Shown: positions 49,127 to 60,080 of the stretch, piece after piece
How positions within the stretch are numbered: position 1 is the stretch's first letter
Layout: each line of letters starts with the position of its first letter
NCBI GenBank assembly: GCA_963737905.1
Contig: CAVTUQ010000012.1
Coordinates: forward strand, 140,303-204,302
Length of the DNA stretch: 64,000 nt
Direction: 5' to 3'
Source: an uncultured delta proteobacterium
Lineage (GTDB): Bacteria; Desulfobacterota; Binatia; UBA9968
The notes under the pieces: generated by a model
The model's database searches: none
What the model was told of the DNA's origin: nothing
What the model saw: only the letters and a program-made list of their open reading frames with translations
Program-made: the position numbers and the translations under genes

Positions 49127-50311
49127 ATGCTGACTCGCGAGGAGAACGAACTCTTAACCCGCGTAGGACGCGGTACCCCCTGCGGGGAGCTGTTACGGCG
49201 CTATTGGCACCCGGTTGCCGCCGCCGGTGAACTTACTGAACAGACGCCTATCAGGCCAGTGAAGATTCTGGGCGAAGAGCTGGTGGTTTACCGCGACAAG
49301 CAGGGAAAGTACGGGTTGGTCGGCGAGCATTGCCCGCATCGGTTGGCTTCTTTGGCATACGGGAGAGTCGATGACGAGGGAATTCGTTGCCCGTATCATG
49401 GCTGGAAATTTGACGGCACGGGCAAATGCCTGGAGCAGCCCGCGGAGCCGGCAGGCAGCACGTTCAAAGACCGGATCAAGCATGTCGCATATCCGGTGGA
49501 GGCGCTCGGCGGATTGATTTTCGCCTACCTCGGTCCTGAGCCTAAACCTTTGTTGCCACGATGGGATGTGCTCATTTGGGAAAACGGGAAACGCTGGATC
49601 GTCAAGGAATCGATCATCGATTGTAACTGGCTGCAGCCGATGGAAAATTCCGTGGACCCGGCGCATTTGTTTTGGCTGCATGGTGATACCGCCCACCTCG
49701 CGCGCCGGGTGAAGAAGTATGGCGAAAAACATGAATTTATTCCTTTTGAGTTTGGCATCAAAAAACGACGAACCAGCTTGCCGGTTACGACGGGAGAAGC
49801 TCCCCAGCTGGATGAGCATCCGCTGCTGTTCCCTACCACATTGCGCCATGTAGCGCCGTATGAGGATGGCAAAGGGCACCGTCATAATTTACAGATTCGT
49901 GTTCCTGTCGACGACACTCATACGCAGGTGTTCCGCGTGAATTTTGTGCCGTCGGATGTGGAAAAATCCCCCGCGGAGATTCCAGCACCGTTTCGTTACA
50001 GCCAACTAAAAAAAGGACCGCGGGAGTACGACATGCGCATGGTTTCCGCGCAGGACTCGATGGCATGGGAAACACAAGGCGCCGTCACTGACCGCACGCA
50101 AGAGCGACTTGGCGCTGGTGACGAAGGCATCATTTTGTTCAGGAAGATTCTCAAAGAGCAGATCGAAAACGTTAAAAAAGGCTTCGATCCTATCGGCATG
50201 ATCCGAGATCCGGAGAAAAATCAAATTATCGAACTCAATGTCATTAACGAGCGCATCGGGCTTTATCGGCCGCTAGGTTGGAACGACACCGGAACCGCTA
50301 TAGCATCCTAA
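49127..50311 (+). CDS. Rieske oxygenase alpha subunit
   Basis: MLTREENELLTRVG, CPHR...CPYHGW, ENSVDPAHLFWLH, AQD. Confidence 0.92.
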   Translation: MLTREENELLTRVGRGTPCGELLRRYWHPVAAAGELTEQTPIRPVKILGEELVVYRDKQGKYGLVGEHCPHRLASLAYGRVDDEGIRCPYHGWKFDGTGKCLEQPAEPAGSTFKDRIKHVAYPVEALGGLIFAYLGPEPKPLLPRWDVLIWENGKRWIVKESIIDCNWLQPMENSVDPAHLFWLHGDTAHLARRVKKYGEKHEFIPFEFGIKKRRTSLPVTTGEAPQLDEHPLLFPTTLRHVAPYEDGKGHRHNLQIRVPVDDTHTQVFRVNFVPSDVEKSPAEIPAPFRYSQLKKGPREYDMRMVSAQDSMAWETQGAVTDRTQERLGAGDEGIILFRKILKEQIENVKKGFDPIGMIRDPEKNQIIELNVINERIGLYRPLGWNDTGTAIAS

Positions 50312-50606
50312 GTCAAGCAGCAATGCCCTAACATGAGCGCATCTATTCTTTTCTCGACCCGCCTTTCGCCCGCGTTTTCCACAATCCTCTAAAAGTTTTG
50401 GTTTCGGAGCTTGCTTCGGCCGTTGCCTTAATCGTAAAAGGTTCATATCTAAATATTTCATACCTTACATAACTTATTGATTTTGCGGCACTTTTATTGC
50501 CCAAGTTCTTGCATTGGTCACACGCTTTTTGGGTACGATTTGTATCTAATGCTTATCGCATAGTTGGTTTTCGGCATCGAGCACATCAACTACGGAGGAT
50601 GAGGTT

Positions 50607-51773
50607 ATGCTGACAAGAGAAGAGAACGAGAGACTAACGCGCGTGGGACCGGGAACAGCGGCGGGTGAGCTGTTGCGGCGTTATTGGTATCCGGTGGGAG
50701 TTGCCGGCGAGCTCACGGAGGAGGCTCCCACGCAGCTCGTCAGGATCCTCGGCGAAACACTGGTCCTGTTTCGCGATAAAAAGGGCCACGTCGGTTTGCT
50801 CGAAGATCGCTGCTCGCACCGCGGCGCGTCCCTTTCCTATGGTCGCGTCGAGGAACGGGGGATCGCTTGCCCTTATCATGGTTGGTTGTACGACACGAAA
50901 GGGAATTGTTTAGAGACGCCGGCCGAACCGTGCGGCAGCAAATTTCATTTGACCGTAAGACAGCGGTCTTATCCCGTGCAAAAACTAGTCGGCCTTTACT
51001 GGGCCTATCTGGGCCCGGAGCCGCTGCCGCTCATACCGAATTTCGACGTGTGGTTTAGAAAGGATGGACATCGAAAAATCTTTATTCAGCCTCAGCTCGA
51101 CTGCAATTGGTTCCAGGCGATGGAAAATTCGATGGATCCCGCGCATCTGCAGATCCTCCACCAGGAGACCGCGGGCCGCGGGCGTGCGATTCAAAACACC
51201 ACTCGAGGGCTCACCGACGACGTTGAGAAATTTGAGTTTTACGAGGTCCCCTATGGCCTCATGAAGCGACGAATCTACAAAAACGGAATGATAGACGAGC
51301 ACCCGGTCATTTTCCCTAACATTTTACGCCAGGGAAACGTGGGACAAATCCGCGTGCCGATGGATGATACCCACACAAAGATTTACTTTGTGCGATTTTT
51401 CCCAAATGAAGATGGTTCAGTCGTGGAGAATGACGAGCCGCCCGTGGAATATATCAAGCCATACAAGGACCCGCCGGATGCGCTTCACCCCTATACGAAA
51501 TTCCGCATGGATGCGGTTCAGGCCCAGGACCACATGGCGTGGGAAACTCAAGGGCCCATCGCCGATCGCACCCGTGAACGTTTGACCTCATCGGATCGTG
51601 GCGTCATCATGTTGCGAGAAGTCATGATGCGTGAGATGAAGCGGGTCCAGGAAGGACTCGACCCTATGGGAGTGATCAGGGATCCCGGTCAAAATGTTAT
51701 GGTCGATACCCACCTCATGGAATCCATCGCTCAAGTATCCGGGTCCCGTGCCCCGCGTGCCGTAAACGAGTAA
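50607..51773 (+). CDS. Rieske oxygenase alpha subunit
   Basis: CSHRG...CPYHGW, ENSMDPAHLQILH, AQD. Confidence 0.92.
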   Translation: MLTREENERLTRVGPGTAAGELLRRYWYPVGVAGELTEEAPTQLVRILGETLVLFRDKKGHVGLLEDRCSHRGASLSYGRVEERGIACPYHGWLYDTKGNCLETPAEPCGSKFHLTVRQRSYPVQKLVGLYWAYLGPEPLPLIPNFDVWFRKDGHRKIFIQPQLDCNWFQAMENSMDPAHLQILHQETAGRGRAIQNTTRGLTDDVEKFEFYEVPYGLMKRRIYKNGMIDEHPVIFPNILRQGNVGQIRVPMDDTHTKIYFVRFFPNEDGSVVENDEPPVEYIKPYKDPPDALHPYTKFRMDAVQAQDHMAWETQGPIADRTRERLTSSDRGVIMLREVMMREMKRVQEGLDPMGVIRDPGQNVMVDTHLMESIAQVSGSRAPRAVNE

Positions 51774-51784
51774 TCCAAACACCT

Positions 51785-51815
51785 GCCTCTCCGCGTCTCC
51801 GTGGCGCGGAGAGGC
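51785..51815. repeat. Strong GC-rich hairpin after the Rieske gene (REP-like or RNA-stabilising)
   Basis: gcctctccgcgtc-tccgt-ggcgcggagaggc; no U tract follows. Confidence 0.55.
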
Positions 51816-51935
51816 GTCCCTCGAAAACCAAACTCTTCGTTTGCCTTAGAACTTGGGCGAGAATATGATCCTCTCGCTTTTGTTATGTTCTGAAACGATC
51901 CCGTTTCCTTAAGCAAGAAAGAGGTGAAGAATTTT

Positions 51936-52661
51936 ATGAGCGATTTATCCCCTTTGCGTGAGCTGGTCGCCCAATCCTGCCGGATCCTCGGCAAGCTCAA
52001 TTTGACCAAGGAGCCCAGTGGCCACGTAAGTGCGCGGGTCGAGGGCACGGACAGAGTTCTTATCAAGGCCCGTGGTCCGGAAGAGTCGGGACTCCGCTTC
52101 GTCACGGCTGAAGATATCATTACGGTCGATATGGCGGGGACGAAAATAGAAGGCGCCGATGGGCTCGAGACTCCCCAAGAGGTGTTTATCCACACCTGGC
52201 TCTATCGCGCGCGTCCCGATGTCCAGTGCGTGGTTCACGTGCATCCGCTGACTGTCGTGCTGTTCACGATTTGCAACAAACCTTTGTTGCCGCTTTTCGG
52301 CGCCTACGACCCGAGTAGTCTCCGTTTATTGATGGAAGGATTGGCCACCTATCCTCGCAGCATTACCGTTTCCAATGAAACGCTCGGCGAGGAGTTCGCC
52401 GGCGCCATGGGGGAGAAACCCGCTTGCCTGATGCGTGGTCACGGCATCACGACGGCGGGTTCGGGCATCGAAGAGGCGACGCTCACGGCGATCAAGCTCA
52501 ACGAGTTGGCGGAAGTCAACTACCGGGCGTCGCTCCTGGGTAAACCTGAACCGATTTCCCAGGAGGATATCGGTGTCATGTTGGGCTCAACGGGGCGTCA
52601 AAAGTCCTCTCCCCACAGTGTTTCCAACTGGCGCTACTACTGCAAGTTGCTGGGCGAATAG
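51936..52661 (+). CDS. Class II aldolase/adducin family protein
   Basis: GHVSAR, EVFIH, VVHVHP, MRGHG. Confidence 0.9.
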   Translation: MSDLSPLRELVAQSCRILGKLNLTKEPSGHVSARVEGTDRVLIKARGPEESGLRFVTAEDIITVDMAGTKIEGADGLETPQEVFIHTWLYRARPDVQCVVHVHPLTVVLFTICNKPLLPLFGAYDPSSLRLLMEGLATYPRSITVSNETLGEEFAGAMGEKPACLMRGHGITTAGSGIEEATLTAIKLNELAEVNYRASLLGKPEPISQEDIGVMLGSTGRQKSSPHSVSNWRYYCKLLGE

Positions 52662-52687
52662 CATATTCATTTCAGATCGACTCAGCC

Positions 52688-53778
52688 ATGGCTCAGGCCG
52701 TTCTAGAATTCCGCGGGGTCGTGAAGCGATTCGGGACTGTCGCCGCCGTCGATCAGGTCAGCTTCTCGATTCAACCGGGTGAAATCTTCACCTTGCTTGG
52801 CCCTTCGGGCTGCGGCAAGACAACGACACTCAGGCTCGTCGCCGGTTTAGAGGATCCCGATGATGGCGAGATTCTCGTCAATGGCATTGCCGTGGCGGTG
52901 CCCCGCCGCGGTATTTTTGTTGCGCCGGACAAACGAGAGCTCGGGATGGTTTTTCAGTCCTACGCCATTTGGCCCCATCTCACGGTCTTTGAAAACGTTG
53001 CTTTTCCGTTGCGCGTGCGGCGAGAATCTTATGACACGGTGCGGCAGCGCGTGCACCAGGTGCTGGAGAGTGTGGGACTTCAGGGCTGGCAGAGCGTGGA
53101 GCGACTCAACTCTCCGGCGGCCAGCAGCAACGTGTCGCGCTGGCTCGCGCTCTTGTTTATGCGCCGGCGTTGTTGCTGCTCGATGAGCCGCTTTCCAATC
53201 TCGATGCCAAACTGCGGGAGCAAATGAGACTGGAGATTCGTGCGCTGCAGAGAAAACTCAAGCTGACGATTCTTTATGTTACCCACGATCAGGCTGAAGC
53301 GATGACGTTGTCCGACCGCATCGCGGTGGCGAATCGCGGCCGTTTTGAACAGGTGGGTTCTCCTGCGGAAGTTTATGAAGCGCCTGCCACCGCGTTCGTT
53401 GCGGAGTTTCTCGGACGGACCGTGAGCTTGGAGGGAAGAATTGCCAAAAATGGCAGCCGCTGCCGAGTCGATCTTGCCAGCAACGGAGGTCGATTCATGC
53501 TCGGCAATGATCGGGGAAATTTATTTAACGACGGCGAGCAGGTGTGCGTCCTCACGCGCCCGGAAGATATCGAAATTCTTCCTGGCGGCGAACTTGAAAG
53601 CAATCAGCTTGCCGCGAAAATCCGCCAAGCTGATTACCTCGGAGATCATTTCGAATATCATGTTCAGACCGCCGGAAGTACTTTTGTTCTGCCCGCGAAC
53701 AAGAAGCAACGCTATCTCGTGGGCACGGAAGTTCGCCTCCGTTTTGATCCCGATCACCTTACTCTACGCCGGATGTGA
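52688..53778 (+). CDS. ABC transporter ATP-binding protein (Fe3+/polyamine type; frameshift near 53085)
   Basis: GPSGCGKTT, then in the shifted frame [24 protein letters not shown]-terminal TOBE domain. Confidence 0.9.
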
Positions 53779-53785
53779 AAGCTAG

Positions 53786-55609
53786 ATGAAGGCGCCAGCC
53801 GCAGTTTCGGTCGCGCACATCGGAATCCGTTTTCGAACCATCCGAGTTGCCGAGTTCTCCATGCTCGTTTTCCTGGCGGTCACGATGGGGTTGCCGCTGT
53901 TTTTTCTCTTGATCGGGAGCTTCAACCTCGCGCCGCCGGGCAAAGAGGCCTTCTATGGCTTCGACAACTGGGTTCGAGCTTTCTCCGACCGCGGAACTTT
54001 GAGCGCACTGTGGATGAGTTTCTCACTTTCGATAGTTCGATTGATTCCGGCGATGCTTTTTTCCGTTCTCTTCGCGTGGCTCATCGCGCGCACGGATATG
54101 CCTTGCGGCAGCACCCTGGAATCTTTTTGCTGGATCGCTTATTTCATTCCCGATTTTCCCTTGACGCTGGCCTGGATTCTTTTGTTGGATCCCAATTTCG
54201 GATTTCTAAACACGTTGGCAAAGGGTCTTCCGTTTGTAGAAGGCCCGCTCTTCAATCCGTACAGCTTCTGGGGCATCGTCTGGGTGCACACGTCGACGGG
54301 CGGGATATGGTTCAAGGTGATGCTGCTCGTGCCGATCTTTCGACGGCTTGGAGCCTCGTTGGAAGAAGCGGCTCGTGTGTCCGGCGCGAACGCAGCGACG
54401 ATGCTCTGGCGCATTACGTTGCCGGTGCTCTCGCCGATGATTCTGGCGGTTTCGGTTCTCAGTTTTATTCGCGGGCTACAGTCTTTCAACACCGAGCTGC
54501 TTCTGGGCACGCCCGCCAAGATCTATGTTTACTCGACTCGAATCTACGATTACCTACAGCGGGAACCCAGAGCCTATGGTGAGGCAACGGCATTGGGGTC
54601 GATGTTCCTGGTGATTCTGGCAGTCTTGTTGTTTTGCTATTGGAAATATCTTAGCGGCGAACGCAAGTTCACGGTTGTGACCGGCCAAGGCTATTCAACC
54701 ATACGGGTGAAGCTCGGAAAATGGCGATACGTCGCTCTGGCGGGCTGCCTGTTTTACATCTCGGTCATGATGATCCTGCCGCTGCTCTTTTTAGTGATCG
54801 GCTCGTTCATGCGGCGGTATGGATTTTTCAACATCAGCTCACCCTTCACCCTCACGCATTGGCAAAACCTTTTTGCCGACCCGATCTTCCTAGAGTCGCT
54901 CAAAAACAGCTTGATCATCGCAAGCGTCACTGCTGCGGGAGGCATTTTGCTCTATTCTTTGCTGGCCTATCTGATGGTTTCACGGCGGACAATCACTGGG
55001 CCGGTTTTAGAAAGTCTTTGCTGGATTCCGCACGTTTTGCCGGGGATTCTGTTGAGCCTGGGTGTCCTGTGGCTTTTCCTCTCGACGCCGTTGCGCTCCC
55101 TATTGTACGGCACGGTATGGGGCATCGCATTGGCGCTCATACTCGCAGACAGCCCGGTTACGAGCCAGGCGTTCAAAGCCGGTCTGCTGCAGCTCGGCCC
55201 TGACTTGGAAGAGGCGGCCCGGGTGAGCGGAGCTTCGTGGGCGCAGACTTACCGCCGCATCCTGTTGCCGTTGTTGGCCCCCATCGCCGCTGCCGTGGGT
55301 CTTATGAATTTCGGCAGCGCCTTGACCAGCATCAGTACGCCTGTGTTACTTTACAGTCACCAGTCCAGGCCGCTTTCCATTCTTTTGTTGGAATACAGCT
55401 TCACCGGCGAACTGGAGAGAGGCGCGGCTTTGGGATTACTGATTACCATGATCGTCGGCTTGATGATGCTGGTTGGGAGAAGATTCGGATTGCGGCTTTC
55501 AGGATCGGCGTTAGAATCGATTAGGAGTCCTCATGGCAAAAGGCCGGTGTTTAGGATGGCTCATTCTATTGGCTCTTGGGTTGAACGGCTCGGCATCGGC
55601 GCAAACTAA
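53786..55609 (+). CDS. ABC transporter permease, double-domain FbpB type (true stop probably near 55514)
   Basis: Two LEEAARVSGA motifs; 77-nt overlap with the next gene suggests a terminal indel. Confidence 0.9.
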   Translation: MKAPAAVSVAHIGIRFRTIRVAEFSMLVFLAVTMGLPLFFLLIGSFNLAPPGKEAFYGFDNWVRAFSDRGTLSALWMSFSLSIVRLIPAMLFSVLFAWLIARTDMPCGSTLESFCWIAYFIPDFPLTLAWILLLDPNFGFLNTLAKGLPFVEGPLFNPYSFWGIVWVHTSTGGIWFKVMLLVPIFRRLGASLEEAARVSGANAATMLWRITLPVLSPMILAVSVLSFIRGLQSFNTELLLGTPAKIYVYSTRIYDYLQREPRAYGEATALGSMFLVILAVLLFCYWKYLSGERKFTVVTGQGYSTIRVKLGKWRYVALAGCLFYISVMMILPLLFLVIGSFMRRYGFFNISSPFTLTHWQNLFADPIFLESLKNSLIIASVTAAGGILLYSLLAYLMVSRRTITGPVLESLCWIPHVLPGILLSLGVLWLFLSTPLRSLLYGTVWGIALALILADSPVTSQAFKAGLLQLGPDLEEAARVSGASWAQTYRRILLPLLAPIAAAVGLMNFGSALTSISTPVLLYSHQSRPLSILLLEYSFTGELERGAALGLLITMIVGLMMLVGRRFGLRLSGSALESIRSPHGKRPVFRMAHSIGSWVERLGIGAN

Positions 55610-56768
55610 GGCCGGTGACAAAGAATGGCAAGAGATTCTCGAAGCCTCGAAGAAGGAGGGCAAGGTCGTCGTCGCTGGATCGCCGGACCCGGTGATGCGC
55701 AACGAGATCATTCCTAAATTCACGGCGCGCACGGGGATAGCCGTTGAATTCATTGCCGGCCGATCCAGCCAGATCGCTTCACGGGTCGAGACGGAGCGAT
55801 CGGCGGGGATCTTCAGCGTCGATGTGTTCCTATCCGGGCCCGATACGACGGCCATCGACCTGTATGGCAACAAGATGATCGATCCTTTGAAGCCGCTACT
55901 CGTCGCGCCAGAAGTCGTTGATGGCGCGAAGTGGAAAACAGGGAAAGTGTGGTTTTTGGACCCGGAAGAGAGATTCGTGGTTCGCCCTTTTAGCAGCGTC
56001 GCCACGTTGCTTTTCATCAATACGGATCACGTAAAGCCGGAAGAGATGCGATCTTATAAGGATCTTCTCAATCCCAAGTGGAGAGGCAAAATCTCAACAG
56101 AAGATCCCACCACCACCGGGGCCGGGGCGAACATGGCAGCGCGTTTTTATACTCAGCTCGGCGAAGAGTTTGTAAAGGGCCTCTATATCGACCAGAAGCC
56201 GACTCCCACGCGAGAGCGCCGTCAGATGTCGGATTGGTTGGCCCGAGGCACCCAACCCATTTGTCTCAACTGCCGGGAAGATGATGTGCGCCCGTTGGTA
56301 AAAGATGGGTTCAAAATTCTTGAAATCTTCGAGCTGTCCGGCGTGCCGGGAACCATCAATGGTTCCCCGTGGCTATTGTCATTGGCGAATAGAGCGCCGC
56401 ACCCCAAGGCCGCCCAGGTTTTCGCCAACTGGATTCTGTCCAAGGAGGGACTGGAGATCTACGCGCGTGGCTACGGCTCGGCGACCTTGCGCACGGACAT
56501 TAACGAAAGTTACCTTAATCCAGGAAACCTTCCCAAGGCAGGAGTAAAATATTTCGACGATACGGCTTGGCAGTGGATCGTCACCGGCAGGCACGAGTCA
56601 CGAGAAAAAGTCTGGAAGCTACTTGAAAGCGCGCTAGGCGCGCGGTTCAAATTGTTCAAGATGTTCAAGACGTTCAAATCGTTACAATTCGGTTCGTTGA
56701 ACCGCTGGAAAAAATCTGGTGACGTGCGATCTCGGTTTAGGTGTCGTGTTGGGTCTTATACGGCTTGA
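55533..56768 (+). CDS. ABC transporter substrate-binding protein (FbpA/PotD-like; true stop probably near 56637)
   Basis: Signal peptide, KKEGKVVV, DLLNPKWRGK, APHPKAA; the tail FKLFKMFKTFK is translated tandem repeat. Confidence 0.88.
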   Translation: MAKGRCLGWLILLALGLNGSASAQTKAGDKEWQEILEASKKEGKVVVAGSPDPVMRNEIIPKFTARTGIAVEFIAGRSSQIASRVETERSAGIFSVDVFLSGPDTTAIDLYGNKMIDPLKPLLVAPEVVDGAKWKTGKVWFLDPEERFVVRPFSSVATLLFINTDHVKPEEMRSYKDLLNPKWRGKISTEDPTTTGAGANMAARFYTQLGEEFVKGLYIDQKPTPTRERRQMSDWLARGTQPICLNCREDDVRPLVKDGFKILEIFELSGVPGTINGSPWLLSLANRAPHPKAAQVFANWILSKEGLEIYARGYGSATLRTDINESYLNPGNLPKAGVKYFDDTAWQWIVTGRHESREKVWKLLESALGARFKLFKMFKTFKSLQFGSLNRWKKSGDVRSRFRCRVGSYTA

Positions 56769-56797
56769 ACGATTTGAACGGCTGGAACGTTTTGAAC
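56645..56797. repeat. Inverted 9-nt tandem repeat (GTTCAAnnn)4 ... (TTGAACnnn)4
   Basis: gttcaaatt-gttcaagat-gttcaagac-gttcaaatc ... ttgaacgat-ttgaacggc-tggaacgtt-ttgaac. Confidence 0.85.
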
Positions 56798-56823
56798 TGA
56801 TCGGTCAAGAAAGGCAGGCGACT

Positions 56824-57762
56824 ATGGCAGTCAAGAAAAAAATCCGAATCTATTATCGTGCGCCGAGTCACGTTCCTCTCTGGAAGGTAATGGAGGAGGG
56901 CGGCTTTCTCGAGAAGCACGGTTTGGAGATGGACTTTGGTTCTCTGGAAGGCCAGCGCAAGCGCGCCGCCGAGGGGCTGAAATCCGGTGAGCTCGATATC
57001 GTTTCGGGGAATCATCATAACCTCTATGCCCGAAAGGCGCTGAACGGCGATCCCTACGTTCATATCGCTCAGAGCAACAACGCATGGCGCGAAAACTATC
57101 TCGTCATGGGAAACGGCATCAATAGCCTCCAAGATCTCAAAGGCAAGCGCGTCGCGATGGACGATTACGACGGCCACACGGGGCTGAATGTGTGGCTCTA
57201 TTTGCGACAACATGGTTTGGAAGAAGGGCGGGATGTCGAGCTTGTGACTGGCGCTAAGAGGGGTGTGGAACGCGCGAAGGAGGTCATGGACGGCAAATAT
57301 GAGGCGACGTTTATCCGGGCCGTGGATCAGTTGCGGGCACGGAAGATCGGCGCGCGCATCATGGAGTTGCCGACCATGGCGATGATCGAAGGCGTGACCC
57401 TGACGACAACGACGACCTACGTGCAGAATCACGAAGACGAAGCGCGGTCTTTGATCAGGGCGTTGATCGATGCGACCCACTTTTTCAAGACCAAGAAAGC
57501 CGACACGCTGGCCATCATCAAGAAGCACTGCACGGACCTGCTCAAGATGCAGAATGACGAAGAGTGGGACTGTTTTTACAATACCCAAGCGGCTTCGCTC
57601 GAAGCTAAGCCCTATCCGACGCTGGATGCGATCCAGAATGTTTTCGCCCTGGCGCTCAAGCGAGATCCTGAGATCAAGAGCTTCAATCCGCTAGCGCTCT
57701 GGGACCTTCACTATCTGCGGGAGATCGACGACAGCGGGTATATCAACCGGCTGTACGCATGA
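56824..57762 (+). CDS. NMT1-like substrate-binding-fold protein without an obvious signal peptide
   Basis: MAVKKKIRIYYRAPSHVPLW...GFLEKHGL, DLKGKRVA, YLREIDDSGYI. Confidence 0.85.
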   Translation: MAVKKKIRIYYRAPSHVPLWKVMEEGGFLEKHGLEMDFGSLEGQRKRAAEGLKSGELDIVSGNHHNLYARKALNGDPYVHIAQSNNAWRENYLVMGNGINSLQDLKGKRVAMDDYDGHTGLNVWLYLRQHGLEEGRDVELVTGAKRGVERAKEVMDGKYEATFIRAVDQLRARKIGARIMELPTMAMIEGVTLTTTTTYVQNHEDEARSLIRALIDATHFFKTKKADTLAIIKKHCTDLLKMQNDEEWDCFYNTQAASLEAKPYPTLDAIQNVFALALKRDPEIKSFNPLALWDLHYLREIDDSGYINRLYA

Positions 57763-58190
57763 ACACGACTAGAGCTTAATTTTACAACGAAGGTGAAATC
57801 ACTCCCGCGAATGCCAAGTCGAGGCATGGGCGGCGACCGTCCAATGCATCCATTGTCCAGTAAGTAATCTTTTTATGGCGGCTGCGGAAAGGAGGCTGTA
57901 TACTTGAGCCTCTTTCCGTGGCATGCGATCGCAGAACCCGCACAAATCACAATCCTTCTCGTTGACTGGATCTAGAAGACTCCTCTACCCAAAGGAGCCG
58001 CGTGTCTGGCTAATTAGAGGAAGTCTAGACATAAAAGCTCCATCCCGAGATTTTCTGTTCGGAAAGGTCCTAATGCCGAAAGTAAAGATTTGATCCAATT
58101 CGATCGTCAGGTTTTCTCCATGTGTTGTCTTCAAAGCGGGTCAACCGAAATGGATCACGCCCAGGGAATGCGGCTCGGAAAGACGAAGGG

Positions 58191-59734
58191 ATGAAACAGT
58201 CAACTCGAAATTGGCGGGACATCAGTATCTTGAGCTTCCTTGGCAGCGCGTTATTCTATGTCTTTTCTCGGACATCCGCCGACCCGGATCTCTGGGGTCA
58301 TATTAGATTTGGCGAGGATCTTTGGCGGACAGGGAGAATTGTTCGTCAAGACATTTATTCATACCTAACCGGCGATCAGTTATGGATCAATCATGAATGG
58401 CTTTCTGAGGCGATATTCTACGCTGTCTTTGCCGGGGCCGGTTCTACGGGTCTCATTGTTTTCAAGAGTTGTCTTTCACTTCTCATCGTGGGAATCATCT
58501 ACTGCCATTTAAGACAACAAGTTTCAGTTGCTCTGCGGGCGGCATTCCTCGCTGTAGTTTTTACATTGAGTCTGATTCCTTATCTGGCGCCTGTTCGGCC
58601 GCAGGTCTTCACATTTTTAGTCTTTTTGCTCGTTTTGATTATCGTAGAAAGAGCCGACCGAGGGGAGCGTCGATGGCTCTGGTTCGGGCCACCTTTGTTA
58701 GCCGTTGCAGTAAACCTTCATGGGGGAGTGTTAGCTAGCGTGGGTCTGTTCCTCTTGTGGCTAGTGCTGAGTTTATCATCAGCCGCGTTTCGTCAGAGAA
58801 GTTTTGCAGCTATCTATGCTCAATCTAATCGGTCGATCATTTTTGTCGGCGTCATCACCATTGCGGCAATCTTTTTCAACCCTTACGGGATTCAGCTACT
58901 TTTTTTTCTTTCACGCACGGCTACGGTCCCAAGACCTGAAATAGGGGAGTGGCAACCTATCGCCTTAATGAGCGTCGAAGGCTTTGTCTATGTTCTTTTT
59001 CTGGCTCTCGCATTAACGGGCCTAATGTTTAGCCGCAAAGAACGCAGCCCCGTTTTGATCACGCTCTTCGCGTGCACGGCGCTTCTTCCTTTGATCGCCA
59101 GCAGACATATGCCGCTTGTTTGGGTTAACTTGCGCTGTTCTGATAGCTCAGCATGTCGCAGATGTGTGGGACCGAACATCGCCGGTTCTGAGTGTACTAT
59201 GGAAATCATGCGTCGCAAAGCGTCTGGTTTACTGCGGCTTCTTTTATCATAGCGTTAGTCGCTAATCACGGCATCCCTGCCAAATTTCCAATGCATTCGC
59301 ATCGATGGCCAGCAGACGAGTTCCCCGTCAAGGCGGTTGCACTGTTGAAACAAAGTAACGCTGCCGGAAACATTGTGGTTCATTTTGATTGGGGGGAATA
59401 TGTGCTTTGGCATCTAGGCCCGCGGATTAAGGTCTCCATCGACGGCCGCCGCGAAACAGTCTACTCGGAGCGGTCCTATGCGGAAAATCTCCGTTTCACG
59501 AATGGCGTGGGCAATTGGGATGGGATCTTGGAAAAACATGGGACTGATCTCGCGTTCGTCAGCAAAAAATTCCCAGTTTTCAATCTGATGCAGCTCAAGC
59601 CAGGATGGACCCGAGTATATGAGGATCCCTTGAGCGGGCTCTTTGTTCGACGAGGGTCGCCGTTGGAAGAGAAGATCCGGCTCGCCAAAGAACCGGATGT
59701 ATCGTACATGGGTGCGGGATCATGCTTTCCGTGA
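58191..59734 (+). CDS. Multi-pass membrane protein, possibly GT-C-like (frameshifts at about 59120-59290)
   Basis: DPDLWGH, WINHEWL, RPQ, NLHGG, NPYG, EWQP, then WGEY...IDGR in ORF 59192-59734. Confidence 0.7.
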
Positions 59735-59813
59735 CCTGCCGGCGGTTCTCTTTGGCCGATCCTTCCTTCCTTGCCAATTGCGCCCATAACTCTGCTTGAG
59801 AAAGGAGATACCT

Positions 59814-60080
59814 ATGCCTAAGCAACGCATTACTTACGTTGCCCCGGCGACCCATGGACCAATAGAAGATCAGAAAAGTAGAGACTCGACTGTCCATCGC
59901 TACCGTCGTGAAAGGTTTCGCAGTGGAGTCCGTGAGCCTTTGCGGTAGTTATTCGCAACCAACATGAATGGAATGCCTTCTGGAAACGACATTCCTTCAG
60001 AGACGCTAATCCGGCGCTGGCTCCTATTGTGGACTTTGATCTGGGAAATGGTCGTGGGGATCTTCCTCCGTGAAAGCCTG
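59814..60080 (+). pseudogene. Truncated, frameshifted PrcB-family (protease complex subunit) gene
   Basis: AAAGGAG RBS; across shifts reads ...RSGVREPL.VVIRNQHEWNAFWKRH...APIVDFD..MVVGIFL.EKP, the typical PrcB_C pattern. Confidence 0.6.

Noticed and set aside
53080-53100. Programmed ribosomal frameshifting in the split genes
   Set aside because: No slippery heptamer or consistent signal; scattered indels are better explained by sequencing error.
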